From positions 124,001 to 188,000 of the forward strand of contig NIVC01000540.1 of assembly GCA_002269645.1 (NCBI GenBank): DNA of 64,000 nucleotides. Reading direction: 5' to 3'. This document shows, piece after piece, positions 11,911 through 24,394 of the stretch. The stretch's first letter is position 1, and every line of letters begins with the position of its first letter. Below the pieces are notes generated by a model. It was given only the letters and a program-made list of their open reading frames with translations, had not been told where the DNA came from and ran no database searches. The position numbers and the translations under genes are program-made. This DNA is from Macrostomum lignano (taxonomy: Eukaryota).

Positions 11911-14394
11911 TATAGTCAGGTACAGGTCTATCTTTAAGTGAAGTATATAATGACTCAAAGAATATACACTTTAGTCCTTCAGTATGGTGGTACATAGGTA
12001 AGTTGCAAATCTGGACAAAACTAAGTCGCACCAGACAGGTGAAATTTTGAGGTTGGGCATGTATGTCTTTGGTGCAGTGCTATATTGGATTGCCTATTAC
12101 TATCCCCTACATTCAAAAGTAAAAATAATTTCGCGAAACAAACTGCAACATTGCCTTAAAGAGTTATCTACCTTTAAAATAATATTAATATAGCTATAGA
12201 GTTGGCTTAAAATTATATAAAGGTAAAAATATGGTTTTTGTATTTTTATCTATCCCTAGGCCTAGTCATCCTTTTTTAAATTAGGCCCTAATATTTTAGG
12301 TCACTGGTCAGATTGTCATATTCTATTTTTTCATACCAGATAAGAAGTGACTAGAAGCAAAGTAGATTTGAAAAGTAATATGACAAAGTGACAGAATATT
12401 TAGTTATGCTAGATATTTTGTCATTAACCAATCAATCTATATAAGATTCGAGTTAATATAAAACTATTTTTTTATTAACTATAAGCTGCAGCAAGCAGAA
12501 AACGATTGATTGCCAAATTTTATCAATCAAGATGACAAAATAACTAGGATCATTGACATTAGGATTCCAAGTAAATATGTTTAATTGCCATATTAATTCA
12601 CTTGGAAGTTGGAACTAATATGATTGGTAAATGACGGAATGACTCTCTTCAGGTAGTGTATGCTAGGCCTAATTATGATGACAAAGTGACCTTAGTCAAG
12701 GTAAGCACCCCAGAAACCCCAGATGACAAAGTGGCAAATGAAAAAATGACTAGGAACCATTTTTAAAGACTAAATCAGGGACGGCAGAGCCTACCATTTT
12801 AGGGGGTGGGGCACCAGGCATAGGGCAAGGGGGCACAGGTATCTTTGTAACTGCTAATTAGGGCCTAAAATCAGAAAAGCACTAAGAATTACCATGTGGA
12901 CTCATTTTGGAGCCACAAGCTCCTGCCACCCATGGACTAGGGGGCCTAAATAATAAAAAGTATAAGTCATAATCAAATTACTAGGGAGAGCCTACAACTT
13001 TGCTCCTGGCTGGCCCCTGGCAAAAATATTCTGCGATGGCATCTAATCCGGCTATGCAAGACCTAGAGATTGACTGACTAAAGGCTTGCTGTGGACTGTG
13101 GCTCTGTCTCAGGACACAACACAACGCAAGTCAAGTGCAAATCTGGCCTTGCTTGATTATAAGAACTTCTGAATTACCAAAAAAACTTCTGCCTGCCACT
13201 GCCACTACCAGCAGCTTGCTGAGTATCTGTGGCTCTGTATTATATCTGAATACGAATATATCGTAGGGCCTATATATCCATGACGAGAGTCGATTGTCGT
13301 TTCCTGTAAATTAAATAAATAAATCGTTTTTTGCGCAAACAAAGACAAAAGTAACAAACAGTGTAGTAAATACAAAAAATAATAGTGGACGATCGATTTT
13401 GTGTTACAATTGTAGATAAAAGCATTTTCCAACACTTATGGCTAATGCAATCTAATTTACATTAGACATTATGAACTTGACGCTTGTTAGTCATTTTTTG
13501 TAGCAAACAAATTAAAATTAAAATTCATCATTTATAAAATGTGAAGCCCATTATACCTGATATAGTAGACTTTTTTGAAGTCTTAACCAACTTTTTTGTG
13601 TTAAATATACTTAAGACTCGGAAAAATTGTCACTGTTTTAACTTTTTTAATGGGTAGGCCTAACTATCTATTGCCCCTTGCTTGCCCCTAGGCCCCAGCC
13701 CAGACAGTTGGGTTAGGCTAGGGCCAAGGGCCTAGTGCAGCGCCTAGCCTAGAAGACTACTTTTAATAGGCCTATACTTAATAAATATCTAACCACAAAA
13801 AGAAAAAGAAATTAGGTTTTGGCATAATAAGTATAAGTATTGGCATAGGCCTATAATATAATCATATAAAATGTTTTTTCTTTTATATAGGCCTAGGCCT
13901 AATTATCAGGTAGGGGCCTATTGATTGTTATGTGCTATAGGGGTCAATTTCTTAACTATGAAATATCCTACTGCTATCACTATTATAATAAGGTTCTTGC
14001 TCTATCCTTTTGGAATAGGGCCTAGGACCCTATTGTTTAGGCCTATTTTCAAGGCTATGATATTGAATACTGATAGTAGGACCTAGGCCCTTAGTGTTAT
14101 ATTATCGGCCTATCTCTTAAAATCAACTAGGCCCTAATGTCACCAAGTTGTAACAAGGATTTTTGTTCTAGTTATTAGATATAATAAGCTCTAGTATAGT
14201 ACTAGCAATCAGTGCCCCTTGTTAGGGAGCCAAAAAAATAGGCCTAGTAAAAGTTTTTTTAATAAACTATATCTCAGTGTCTCTTTGCAATATACCTTAG
14301 CAGTTCCTTGTAAGCCTTGACATGTTAGCAATTCTCTCTATAAGCCTTAATATATCAAGTTCCCCCTTGACATCTTAGTGATACCCTTTATAAG

Positions 14395-17300
14395 TAGAGA
14401 CTCCGGCGAGCTCCGAGTAGCGTGGTTGAAACTAGAAAAAACGTACATTTAGCACCTACTTCAAACAGAAAACTAAGATAGAAAAAATATGACTGTGTAA
14501 AAACTGAAATACACAATAAAAAGCACAATAAATGTACTTCAAAATGAGTGCTCAAACAGCTTCTAAAGTCGATCAGAGACAAAGTTATGGACAGTTAAAG
14601 TTTCATCATTTTTGCATTCCCATGCAAAATGAAGCCTATTTTACGGTAAAAATCGTGACTTTGGAAAGTCTAATTTTTAATAACGAAATGACCGTTTTAA
14701 ACAAAAATAATCAATATAAAAGCAATCTAGGCATAATTAAGTATCATTTTATGTAAATTTCAGAAGAAAAAAATATTCCCTGTTGCCTACAGGGGTAGTC
14801 CAAATTTTTTTCTTCGATTTCTTTGTATCATCCGATTGCTGCACGGAATTCAAATGTAAATTTCTTTATTCTTTGTTGCAAGTGGAAGGACATGCAGAAA
14901 ACCGTTTGGGATTACCTAGTCGCGCATTGCTACTAAGTTGATTCAAAGATCATAGTAAAATCAAAGTAAATGTCTATTTAAAATATATTTTTTATTTTTT
15001 TTGAGAAAAAAAGAGACGCACAAATACAGTTGATATTGACTTTCATACATAATTGCATGACAAGTGTGAGGAATGAAAGTTCCTTCTGACAACTGACCGC
15101 GCACTTAGAAATATGAGCATCAATATGTTTCAGCGAGATTCAGGTAAACGGCAGGAGTAACTATGACTTTCAGTGCAAATGCAATTGCATCGTCACCTTA
15201 TTAGTAGGAAAAATGAACATTTTTAAACTGTATTTTGTAAGTTAATTGCACTATGAAGTCAATACACACTGTCTTGAAATTCATTTCCATGATAACCATT
15301 ACAACTGCTGTCTTCAAGATGTGTACTCTTCTATTCTATGTACACATTGTACATGGGGGTCATATGAGAGGCTTCCGTTGGAAAGCTGCTGGATATCAGA
15401 CCCCAGCATAGTGATCCCAACAAGCGACCCCTGGCATTCGTCTGGTCAACGATGCAAACTCTCAAAAATGTATGGTATGTATGGTACAGAGTACCGTGGA
15501 ACTGTTGCAATAGGTTTATGCCTGTGCAATAAAAGCAGGTAGGTGATTTTTTATATGGCATTGAAAAGCAGCCATTTTGTTTGAATGTCTTCTGACTTAT
15601 GCAGCTACTGAGTTAGCTAGATTCTTCATTGTAATAATGAGTGATTATTTTGGGTGCAAACTCTGAAGACTTAACATGCAAATACTAGCCTAGGTGCTAA
15701 TCTGTGTGGGAGATAGTACATAATATGAATCTCAGGCAACTACGTTTTGTGAACAGACCAAGCTGTGCTTGAAAAACTTTGTTAAACAATGAATACACTT
15801 AGTCATCATCATCATCATAATCGTCATCGTCATCAGAGAGAACATTCAATTCGCCAGCCAGGTAGTCCTTGTTGAGGTCATAGGTGTACTCCCCTTCAAA
15901 ATCATCGAACACAACCTTGAACTCCTGGCTGAGAATGTCCCTGCTCTGGCAGGTTGATGGCAGTCGCTGGAGGACGTGGCCTGGTATCCAGTCCTCCCCA
16001 TCTGTGAAGCAGAACTTCATCTCGATTCTTCTGCTCACCAGATCGGGGAGGTTGGCCAGCGTCCGCTGATTGGTGGTCTCGTCAATGGCGTCGCCCTCAT
16101 CCTCGTGTCTTCTTCCTCGTCCTCGTCCTCGTCCTCCTCCTTGACCTCGTCCTCCTCCTTGACCTCGACCTCGTCCTTGACCTCGACCTCGTCCTTGACC
16201 TCGACCTCGTCCGCGTCCGCGACCGCCGCCTCGTCCACCAAGGCCAGGCCCAGCTTGAGCAGCCACAGCTCCTGCATCTTGAATCCGTTGACGACGCTGC
16301 AGCCTGTCAGCAATGGCAGTGCGGACTCGCTCCTTGCGCTCGCGAGCATCCAGGAGGCCGGACGGAGGCACGGTGGGCGCATCGGCACCCTTTTGCTGGT
16401 CCTGTAGTTCCACTATCTGCAGAACTTCACGCAGTTGGCTTCGCAGTTGAGGCACACTGCGCTTGACACCAGCCGCGGAGAAGTTGAGCAGGCTGGCCTT
16501 GTCCTTGGGCAGGTGGATCTCTACAAAATATTACATGAAACATAATTTTCATGCTAAGCAGTGAGCAAACAGACACATTTTTCTGCCCACACGTACTGGT
16601 CGCTTTGTGCAGTTGCAGCTGTGCTTTGATGGCCTTCTCGTGCTGGTCAGGGGCTAGTTGGTGCAGCACAGCGTCCATCCTGGAGATGGTTGGCCAGAGT
16701 CCGCCGTAGGCCTCGATGACACGGAGAATGGATCGGATGCTCTCGGCGTTCGAGTCCTTCTTGCGCTGCTTTTCAGCTAGCTTGGCGCGGAGAATCTCCT
16801 GGCGGCAGCTGCGCAAGGCGTCGGCGCTCTCCTTCCCTCGCTTTTCGAGCTGAGGGACCAGCTTCCGTGCCCTGGTAAGAAGGAGGTCCTTCTCGCGCTC
16901 CGTCTTGTCGGCCAGCCACTCGGACGTGCAGTTATAGCCGAAGAGCACAAGCGACTCGCGCGCAAGAGGGCGCATGTTGGGCCTGTCTGCGACGCACTTA
17001 TCCAGCATCCCGAAGCCTCGCTCGACTGCTACGTTGTCCTTAGGCGCAGATGAGACAAGCTGGGCAACTTCTGGCGTGAGCTGCCGCAGAGTGCCCCCAG
17101 GCAGGTGGTCACGCACCTCTCTCTCTAGCAACACAAGCATGTGTGTCGCCATGATCTGAAGTGGTGTTTTAAAGTATAAAAGCTACAATCTATACATTCG
17201 TTAATGTTCATTGATACTGTACTGTACTTTGTGACTAATCAGCGCATTCATAATTCAAAACCCATATTTACCTGCAGAGCCTGGCCGACAATCTCGTTCT

Positions 17301-20300
17301 CCAAGGCTGTCAGCTCAGACGTCAGCGCCGCCCAGATGTCCTGCAGCTGGATGTCCCGGAGAACCGTCTGGGCCAGTTCGGGAAATGGGCCAATCATGCT
17401 GCTGGCCACAGTAACGCCCTCGGACGATGACAGCTGGCGCAGCCAATTGCAAGCGCGCTCATAGCGTTCGTTCATGTCCGTGAGGGTCACGTCTCGGCAG
17501 CGCAGGAGCACCCACAGTGGCCGGATTAGCAGAACGTCAGCAATTCCGAGTGCACGGCAGCCACTCAGCAGCAAATCAGATGCCAAGTCAGCCTGCACTG
17601 CGATCAGCAGGCGGTTGCTGCAGGTGTACTCAGCCAGGAACTCGGACAGGCGGTCTCGCTGCCAGAAAATGTTTCCCCCGTTGGGAAATGTGATGTAGGC
17701 GCGGTTGCCACGGAAGTCGTCCAAACGAAGGGACGGTGCGCCCTTCGACTCCAGATACGTTTGAAGCGGAATCGCAACGCCACACTGTTCACTGCCCAGG
17801 GCATGGAACGCCTTGCAGACGGTGCGGATTAGACGCTGCGTGCCAGATTCAGCTTGGGACGGGCGGAAGCCAGGGAGGGCAGCAGATCCGACGGCCTCTG
17901 CAGCCATGCAAGTCTCCCACTCGCGCAGCGCAGCTTCTGCGGCAGCAGCAAGATTTACAATCACATGCATGCCGCAGAACAGTGCAGTCACAGGTGGAGG
18001 TGGGTTCACGCCTTGCTGGGTTGCCAGCTCCTGCCGCATCTCGTTGAGCAGTACGTTGAGGCACTTGTTGACCACGTGTCGGTCAGTCATTAGGAAGTTG
18101 ACGCGTGCCAGTAGATTACACTTCAGGCGGCGTCTCTCTTCGTCGCTCGAGTGGGCAAGAACTACCGAGCAAAACAGATCGACCAGCTCTTCCACCGAGT
18201 AGTCCAGTTCGCGGGCGTAGATGTTCGCGGTGCCACCCTCGACCTCGCGAAGAGAAACAGCCATCGGGCGGCTGTCCCCAGTGTCAACCTATGAATGGTG
18301 CATATGTAATACAAAGCATATTGTGAATATAAAAGTTCATTCTTATTAACTAAAAGTTCTCTTTTTGTGAATATTAATAATAATAATTAATTATTAAATT
18401 CATTTCCTTCCTTTAAGTCCAATTATTTGTCAATATGCACGAAAATGCATTACTCAAGTTTACCTGGTAGGCGGCATAGTGTCGGCCCTTCTTGCTGGTA
18501 GCATCATGCAAGATCGTTATTGGTCGGTCCTCCTTTGCCCCCTGATGCAGCAGCTTCTCCATCGCGCTCGCCTTAGCTAGGCAGCTGCCAAGGCTGTAGC
18601 TCAAAGCACTGACCTGCGAACGCGACGGAAGCGCCAAGTTGCCGGCGTCGATGCCAACGAGGTCCGTGAGGACGCGTCGAATCGCTGGCTTGACGTGCTG
18701 CACAGGGACGTGGCAGTCCAGCACCAAGTGCATACAGGTGCTGATGACCTGGTTCGTGTACTGCTGTCCTCCACTCGGACGTGATGTCTTGGTGATGATG
18801 GAGCCCACACTCTGCTGTTGAAGCTTCTCGTTTGCTTCACAGATGAGGCCGTGCAAACTGCGGGTATCGGCTCTGAGCTCCTTCACTCTCTCAGTGGCGA
18901 GCTGACTTGACTTGCTACGGCTGTTGGCACGCCTCAAGCGCAGGTCACGCCTACGGCTGGCAGATGATGCAAAGGCCTGCCGCTTGGCATGCTCAGCACG
19001 CAGCTTGTCGTATCTGCCTTGTAGCCGTCTGAGACGCTGATTCCAGACGCGAATTTCAGGCCGCTTGGCTAGCTTAGCCCTCAGTCGCCGGACTTCAGCT
19101 TTCTGCTCGGCCAGGGCGGCCTTCAGCTGCGCAACTTTGGCTTTGGCCTTGTGAACTCGCAGATCAACAATGGCTGCCTCGATGCCGATCTTCTCTTCGA
19201 CAGAGACACTCATGCCAGACTGCTTCGATTGGTCAAGCCTTGCTGGAGTCGGTGAGTTCGAGGCCATTGGCATTGGTGATGTTGACAAAGGCACAATCGG
19301 CATTGCCATTGGGTTCAACAGCTGTTGCAATGCCGCTGGAGGTTCGAATTCTCGTGCCAAATGGGCCTCATATGTCGAGATGCCATCACCAGACGCAGCC
19401 TCACGAGTGTGACTCTTCAGCAGAATTTGGGCTTCTCTCTCTAAATCCTTAATCCTTTTCAGGAGTGCCTTCTTCAGATTGTCAGAGACAAACTCCATCA
19501 AGTGAGAAGGTAGCCCAACCAGTTTCAGAATCGGCTGGGCCTTGTCAAGTCCTGTATGGGCCTGGCTGCTGGACTTGAGATGAGTAATCACCTGGCCATT
19601 GGTGACTGGGCGAATGGATGATCTGGACCTGCCACGAAGCCGAAGGTTGGGCTTGGTCTTGGGTGTGGAGGATGTGGCCATAGATAGTATTGTTTAGTCA
19701 GTCAGTACTCCAGTAGTCTACTCCAGTGGCAGCTGGAATGGTAACATATTGATTGACTTACTGAGTTACTCAGGTGATTCAGTGCCAAATAAGTATGAAT
19801 ATGTCTCATTATCAATAATGAGACATATAATTTATGTCTCAGTTATCAATAGTTTATAATATATTTGTAATATTTATAATAATATAAATAAACTTATAAT
19901 ATATTATTTATTATGATACATTTAATTTTAATTTATAATAATATAATAAATATAATTTATTATGTTTTTTAAATTTAGTATAATAAATTTATAATAATTT
20001 ATCAATAAAATCAAATTGTAGCTTTAAAAAGCATATGTATTGCCCCCGTGACCACACACAGTTATCATTTTTCCTATACTTAGTGCAAAATAACTTAAGA
20101 AGAAAGGACACCACTGACTTGCCTTGTACATAGCAAGCAAGGCAAGAAAAAAAGCAAAAAAATGACACCAAGAACAGCAAAATTGGTAATACAAAACGAA
20201 AGTTCTTGCTGGTCAACCACGAAAAAAACAAATATTTTGGAAAAAATGATCACAGCCCATAATGCAAATATCCCATAAGAGAATCCGCAAAAAATGGTCA

Positions 20301-20439
20301 CTAAAATGGCCACAACTTTCTTATTCCTTTACCAAATCTAATAATATAATACTTTTTGCAAACAAGAAAGTAAGATCTATCAGATAAGCATAAAAAATCT
20401 GTCAGACTTTTAACTTTCAAAATCTCACTGGAGTCCCTA
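14395..20439 (-). mobile_element. 6045-bp autonomous-type hAT-like DNA transposon with 7-bp TSD
   Basis: Imperfect 16-bp TIR, TAGAGACTCCGGCGAG at the left versus TAGGGACTCCAGTGAG (reverse complement of the right end), 13/16 identical. TTATAAG directly repeated at 14388-14394 and 20440-20446. Encloses an intact spliced transposase. Confidence 0.82.
15799..19681 (-). CDS. Spliced DDE transposase, 1171 aa; exons 19681-18464, 18288-17272, 17155-16597, 16520-15799; C-terminal RG-rich tract and Spin/Ssty-like Tudor domain
   Basis: Three GT-AG introns (175, 116 and 76 bp; phases 0, 0, 1) join the four track ORFs into 3516 nt without a stop. Putative catalytic motifs ILHDATSK (D), LMTDRH (D), FCGMH (CxxH), NVAVERGFG (E). 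Confidence 0.85.
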
Positions 20440-20470
20440 TTATAAGCTTTGAAATCTTAAAAAATCTGTC

Positions 20471-20529
20471 AACCTAACTTTAACCCTAGCCTAACCTTAC
20501 CCTAACCCTAACCCTAACCTTAACCCTAA
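20471..20529. repeat. Degenerate (CCCTAA)n telomere-like tract
   Basis: CCTAACCCTAACCCTAACCTTAACCCTAA and variants, about 10 units. Confidence 0.7.
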
Positions 20530-21075
20530 AGCATTGGCAATTCAGTAATTCTCCCTAAGAGTTATTATACTACTAGGCCTATACCATTATAGCAGTTCCT
20601 TGTAAGCCTCAATATTATACATAAGGATTCCCAAATGAATCTTTTAACTTTGACATGGAATGCTTCTTTTATTTTTTACATGACTCTTTTTCTATTAGCA
20701 ACACCCCTTGTGAGGAGCCAACAAATAATGTAATAGAAAGTTCTGAATAAACTACTATATATAGCTTTTGACTTTATCCTTAGTATCTCAGTTATTCCCC
20801 CATGAGCCTTGACATCTTAGCTATTCCCCCATATTCCCATAAGCTTTTATATCAATAGTATTTCTCCTTAAGAGTGATAGCACATCGTAGTTTCATGTGA
20901 CTTTTTGTACATAACACTTCTTTTTTGACATGATGCTTTTTTGTCAAGGCTTTATTCTACTTTTGAATAAACTACATGTTTAAACTATAGAGCCTTCTCT
21001 GTGCAATAACCTTAGCAATCCCCTGTGAGTCTTGACATCTTAGCTATTCCCCTTGCAAGTCTTGACATCTCAGCT

Positions 21076-21375
21076 CATACATGCGCAACAGTCGGCCGAG
21101 TCGGCCGATCCGGCCGACTGATTTGGTGACCAACCAAGGAAGTCGCAAAAATGCCCACCCGAAAAAATACCTAAGTAGTAGTACTAAGTAGCTGACGAGG
21201 CATTTTTGGTTAATAAGACAGTCATAGTTACTCCTGCCGTTTACCCAAAGTTGCGTTAATTTTGCTTTAGGGTTTTTTTTTACATGTAAGTCGCATTTCT
21301 GGCCAAAAACTATGTCGCATTTTTGTTAAAACTAAGTCGCACGGCCGACCGAATTTTGGAGGTTGCGCATGTATG
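21076..21375. mobile_element. 300-bp hAT-type MITE, copy 2
   Basis: Same TIR as copy 1. 8-bp TSD TCTCAGCT at 21068-21075 and 21376-21383. Confidence 0.92.
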
Positions 21376-21489
21376 TCTCAGCTATTCTAGCTATCTTGGC
21401 TTTTATTTTTGACATAATGCTTCTTTCAATTTTACACAACATTTCTTTCATTTCTGACATGATGCTTTTATTAGGCCTATTCCATGATA

Positions 21490-21965
21490 CTTCTATGATT
21501 GTTTACATGACACTTCTATGATTGTTGACATGACGCTTCTATAATTGTTTACATGAAGCTTCTATGATTGTTTACATGAAGCTTCTATGATTGTTTACAT
21601 GATGACTTCTGATTGTTTACATGATGCTTCTATATTTTTTACATGACACTTCTGACTTTTTACATGATGCTTCTATGATTCTTTACATGATGCTTCTATG
21701 ATTTTTACATGACACTTCTATGATTTTTTATGACACTTCCATGATTTTTTATGACACTTCTATGATTGTTTACATGACACTTATATGATTTTTTACATGA
21801 CATTTCTATGATTTTTTATGATGCTTATATGATTTTTTACATGACACTTCTATGACTTTTTATGATGCTTATATGATTATTTACATAGTGCTTCTTTTAC
21901 TTTTTACATGATACTTCTATGATTGTTTATATGATGCTTCTATGATTGTTTATATGATGCTTCTA
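21490..21965. repeat. Degenerate about 23-bp minisatellite (TTTACATGATGCTTCTATGATTG)
   Basis: Visible periodicity of 21-23 bp. Confidence 0.85.
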
Positions 21966-23608
21966 TTTAAAAACTCTTTTTGTTCTTCTGACATTAAAAA
22001 GCTTTGCCTAAAAAATTCTACTCTATGAAAATTTAAACCATCGTTGCTGCATTTAGCAGTTCAGTCTGTTTATCTCTAGGCTAGCTCTCTTGTTTTGATA
22101 GCATGAAATTTAGCACTTATATAATTCAACACTTTAAACTCCAAGCATAGAGTACATCACACAAAGCAATCATGACATAATCAATTTCTTAGTCAGTCAG
22201 TATCTCAGTCAGTCAGTTAACAATATGGTTGTTCAATCTAAATCAAGTCTAGTGCTACGCTTCCACATTGCATTTTCAATACTATGATGGAATTCAAGTC
22301 AGAGTTACAATTCAGTTATGATGCAATCTATTTTAGAATCAGAATTCAGCCAGTCAGTTTTTTCTAGAATTCTTACAATGTATTTCAAGTCAAAAAATTT
22401 CCTTGACATTTGCAAAAAAAGCATGTTTTTCAAATATTTAATGCCTTTAGCACCAAGAAAATTCTTAGCTAAGACACATTTACCATCATGGAAAAAATTC
22501 TGATTGAACAGTGCAAGTCACATAAAAATTGGTTAAGCCATTTGAAGAGAAAAGAGAAAACATAAATTCAAAGAGAAAATTGATTGCGCACAAGCAAACA
22601 TACAAACAACTCATTTTTAGTATATCTGATTAAATATGTTAACTTACTTATCAAACTATAATTTATTGGGATTAACTTTAAAAGGCATATGCCATAGATG
22701 TATATTTAGGATAAATTTTATTAGTCTAAGTTCTAAGTTAAATCTAAGTATTAGCTGGAAATGGAAACAAACTATTTGTTCAACTTTTATATAACATTAT
22801 GTATCGATTTTATTTGCACAAAAAAGTTACTATTTAGCATCTAAAAATAAAGAAGGCTTTTTAACAAATATATTTGCAAACATTTTTGCTACAAGGCCTA
22901 TTTTAGTTATATTGCATTTATTTTTATCAATAGATACAACAAAAGGTATAGAAAAGCTAAAATTCAAAATGGGCAAAAATAATTTTAGTTGCTACCCAAA
23001 ATAAAAAAATTATTTATATCAAAAACCTAAAAGTGTCCCAATTTATTAAAGCCAACAAAGCAATCAAGTATACAATTGGCAATTGAGATATAGTTTATAT
23101 TCCATTCATATTTATTCAAAATATTTAAGAATGATATTATTCATTAAGCATATTTAGAGCTTCAAGTTCAAATTAGTTTCAATGAACAATAGCTATTGTA
23201 TAGTTTCAGTTGAGAGCCAATTCTTTTCTTTACTTTTTAGCTAAATATTGATACCTTTGGCTTTGTATTATATAATACTATTTTTAGTTTTTATTTCCAA
23301 AATATTATAGGTCTAAATTTATGTAAATATTTATTGCTTTGAATTAATGCACTTTTTATTAACAAGTAGGCCTAGGACCTATGTTGTATTTTTGGTTAAA
23401 CAATATAAGACCAAAATGCTTACCTCAAGACATTTATAAATAATTCATTAGACCTAAAAAGGAGATTGTCAACTTGGCAACTAAATAATATAATGTATAA
23501 AAAGTAATTTATATAAGCCTAGGATATTGTTATAAGCCTGCTCAAAAATGGATATATCAGGCCAAGTACATGTTTTAAAGGAATGCCAAACCTACTAAAA
23601 ATGGAGAT

Positions 23609-24394
23609 GGCTCATTCCATATAAGCATGGTCGTAACATGACAGGTTATTTTTACTTATAAAATGAAATCTAATAATAGAATATACTAAACCAATATTTT
23701 AAATGAAAGATTATTTTGTCTAGAATATATTTATAGAGTTTCATATAGATATCATCATTAGTATAGATGCTATTAAACCTTAAATGACACTTATGGTTGT
23801 AACGACAGGATTTTTGACATATAGAAACTAAAAGGTAAAAGTCTTATAACATTTTTCATTTTTGATATTTTGCAATACATTTTTAAAATTCGACTAAGAA
23901 CATCTTTAGAAATCATACTCTTTTATTAGAATATATAAACTCAAAAGGCAACAAAGATACAAAAGAAAAGGCAGCCTTATGGTCGTAACATTATGGTCGT
24001 AACATATTTTTTTCTGTCAATTCAGTAACTTTGAGGTACTAATACATTAAAAATATAATAGATTATTTGGTCACTAATGCTTTTATCTGATGATGCAAGT
24101 ACTATACTTTTATCTATAGTTTGTTTCAACCTTCAAAAGCTTTCTATTTGTTTTTAAAAGGTACAAAATCTTAATGATGTCTTTTGCTTCGAAAAATGTC
24201 CAAATTTTTACAAAAATGACTTTTTGCCAATTGATAACATACTAATCCAACATTTTACCATTCCTTTATTCTTAGATTGTATATATTGCACAATATAAAC
24301 ATTTGGTAAAAAAATAGGCTAATTAGGCAATGGCAAGCAAAAATATTGACTTTTTTCTATTTTCCAAATATGTCCATCTTATATGGAATGAGCC
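23609..24394. mobile_element. About 790-bp non-autonomous TIR element with 4-bp TSD, copy 2
   Basis: Perfect 17-bp TIR GGCTCATTCCATATAAG...CTTATATGGAATGAGCC, flanked by AGAT on both sides. Inverted homolog of 7529-8297. Confidence 0.85.

Larger units (their letters stand above)
9563..12065 (-). mobile_element. hAT element (CATACATG family) with transposase remnant, nested in the Merlin-like element
   Basis: TIR CATACATGCCCAAC...GTTGGGCATGTATG. 8-bp TSD TCTTTGGT at 9555-9562 and 12066-12073. Minus-strand remnant at about 10030-10220 reads TTDKASVMTGN*VG...HCAAHKLE (hAT second catalytic Asp region plus CxxH). Confidence 0.88.
9171..12154 (+). mobile_element. Merlin-like DNA transposon deletion derivative (about 473 bp once the nested hAT is removed)
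   Basis: About 40-bp TIR GGCAATGTTGCAGTTTGTTT... / ...AAACAAACTGCAACATTGCC. 8-bp TSD TTAAAGAG at 9163-9170 and 12155-12162. The remnant rejoined across the insertion reads YLEEFL*CRMYPTNVFGAVLYWIAYYYPL, resembling the Merlin/IS1016 transposase C-terminus. Confidence 0.8.
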
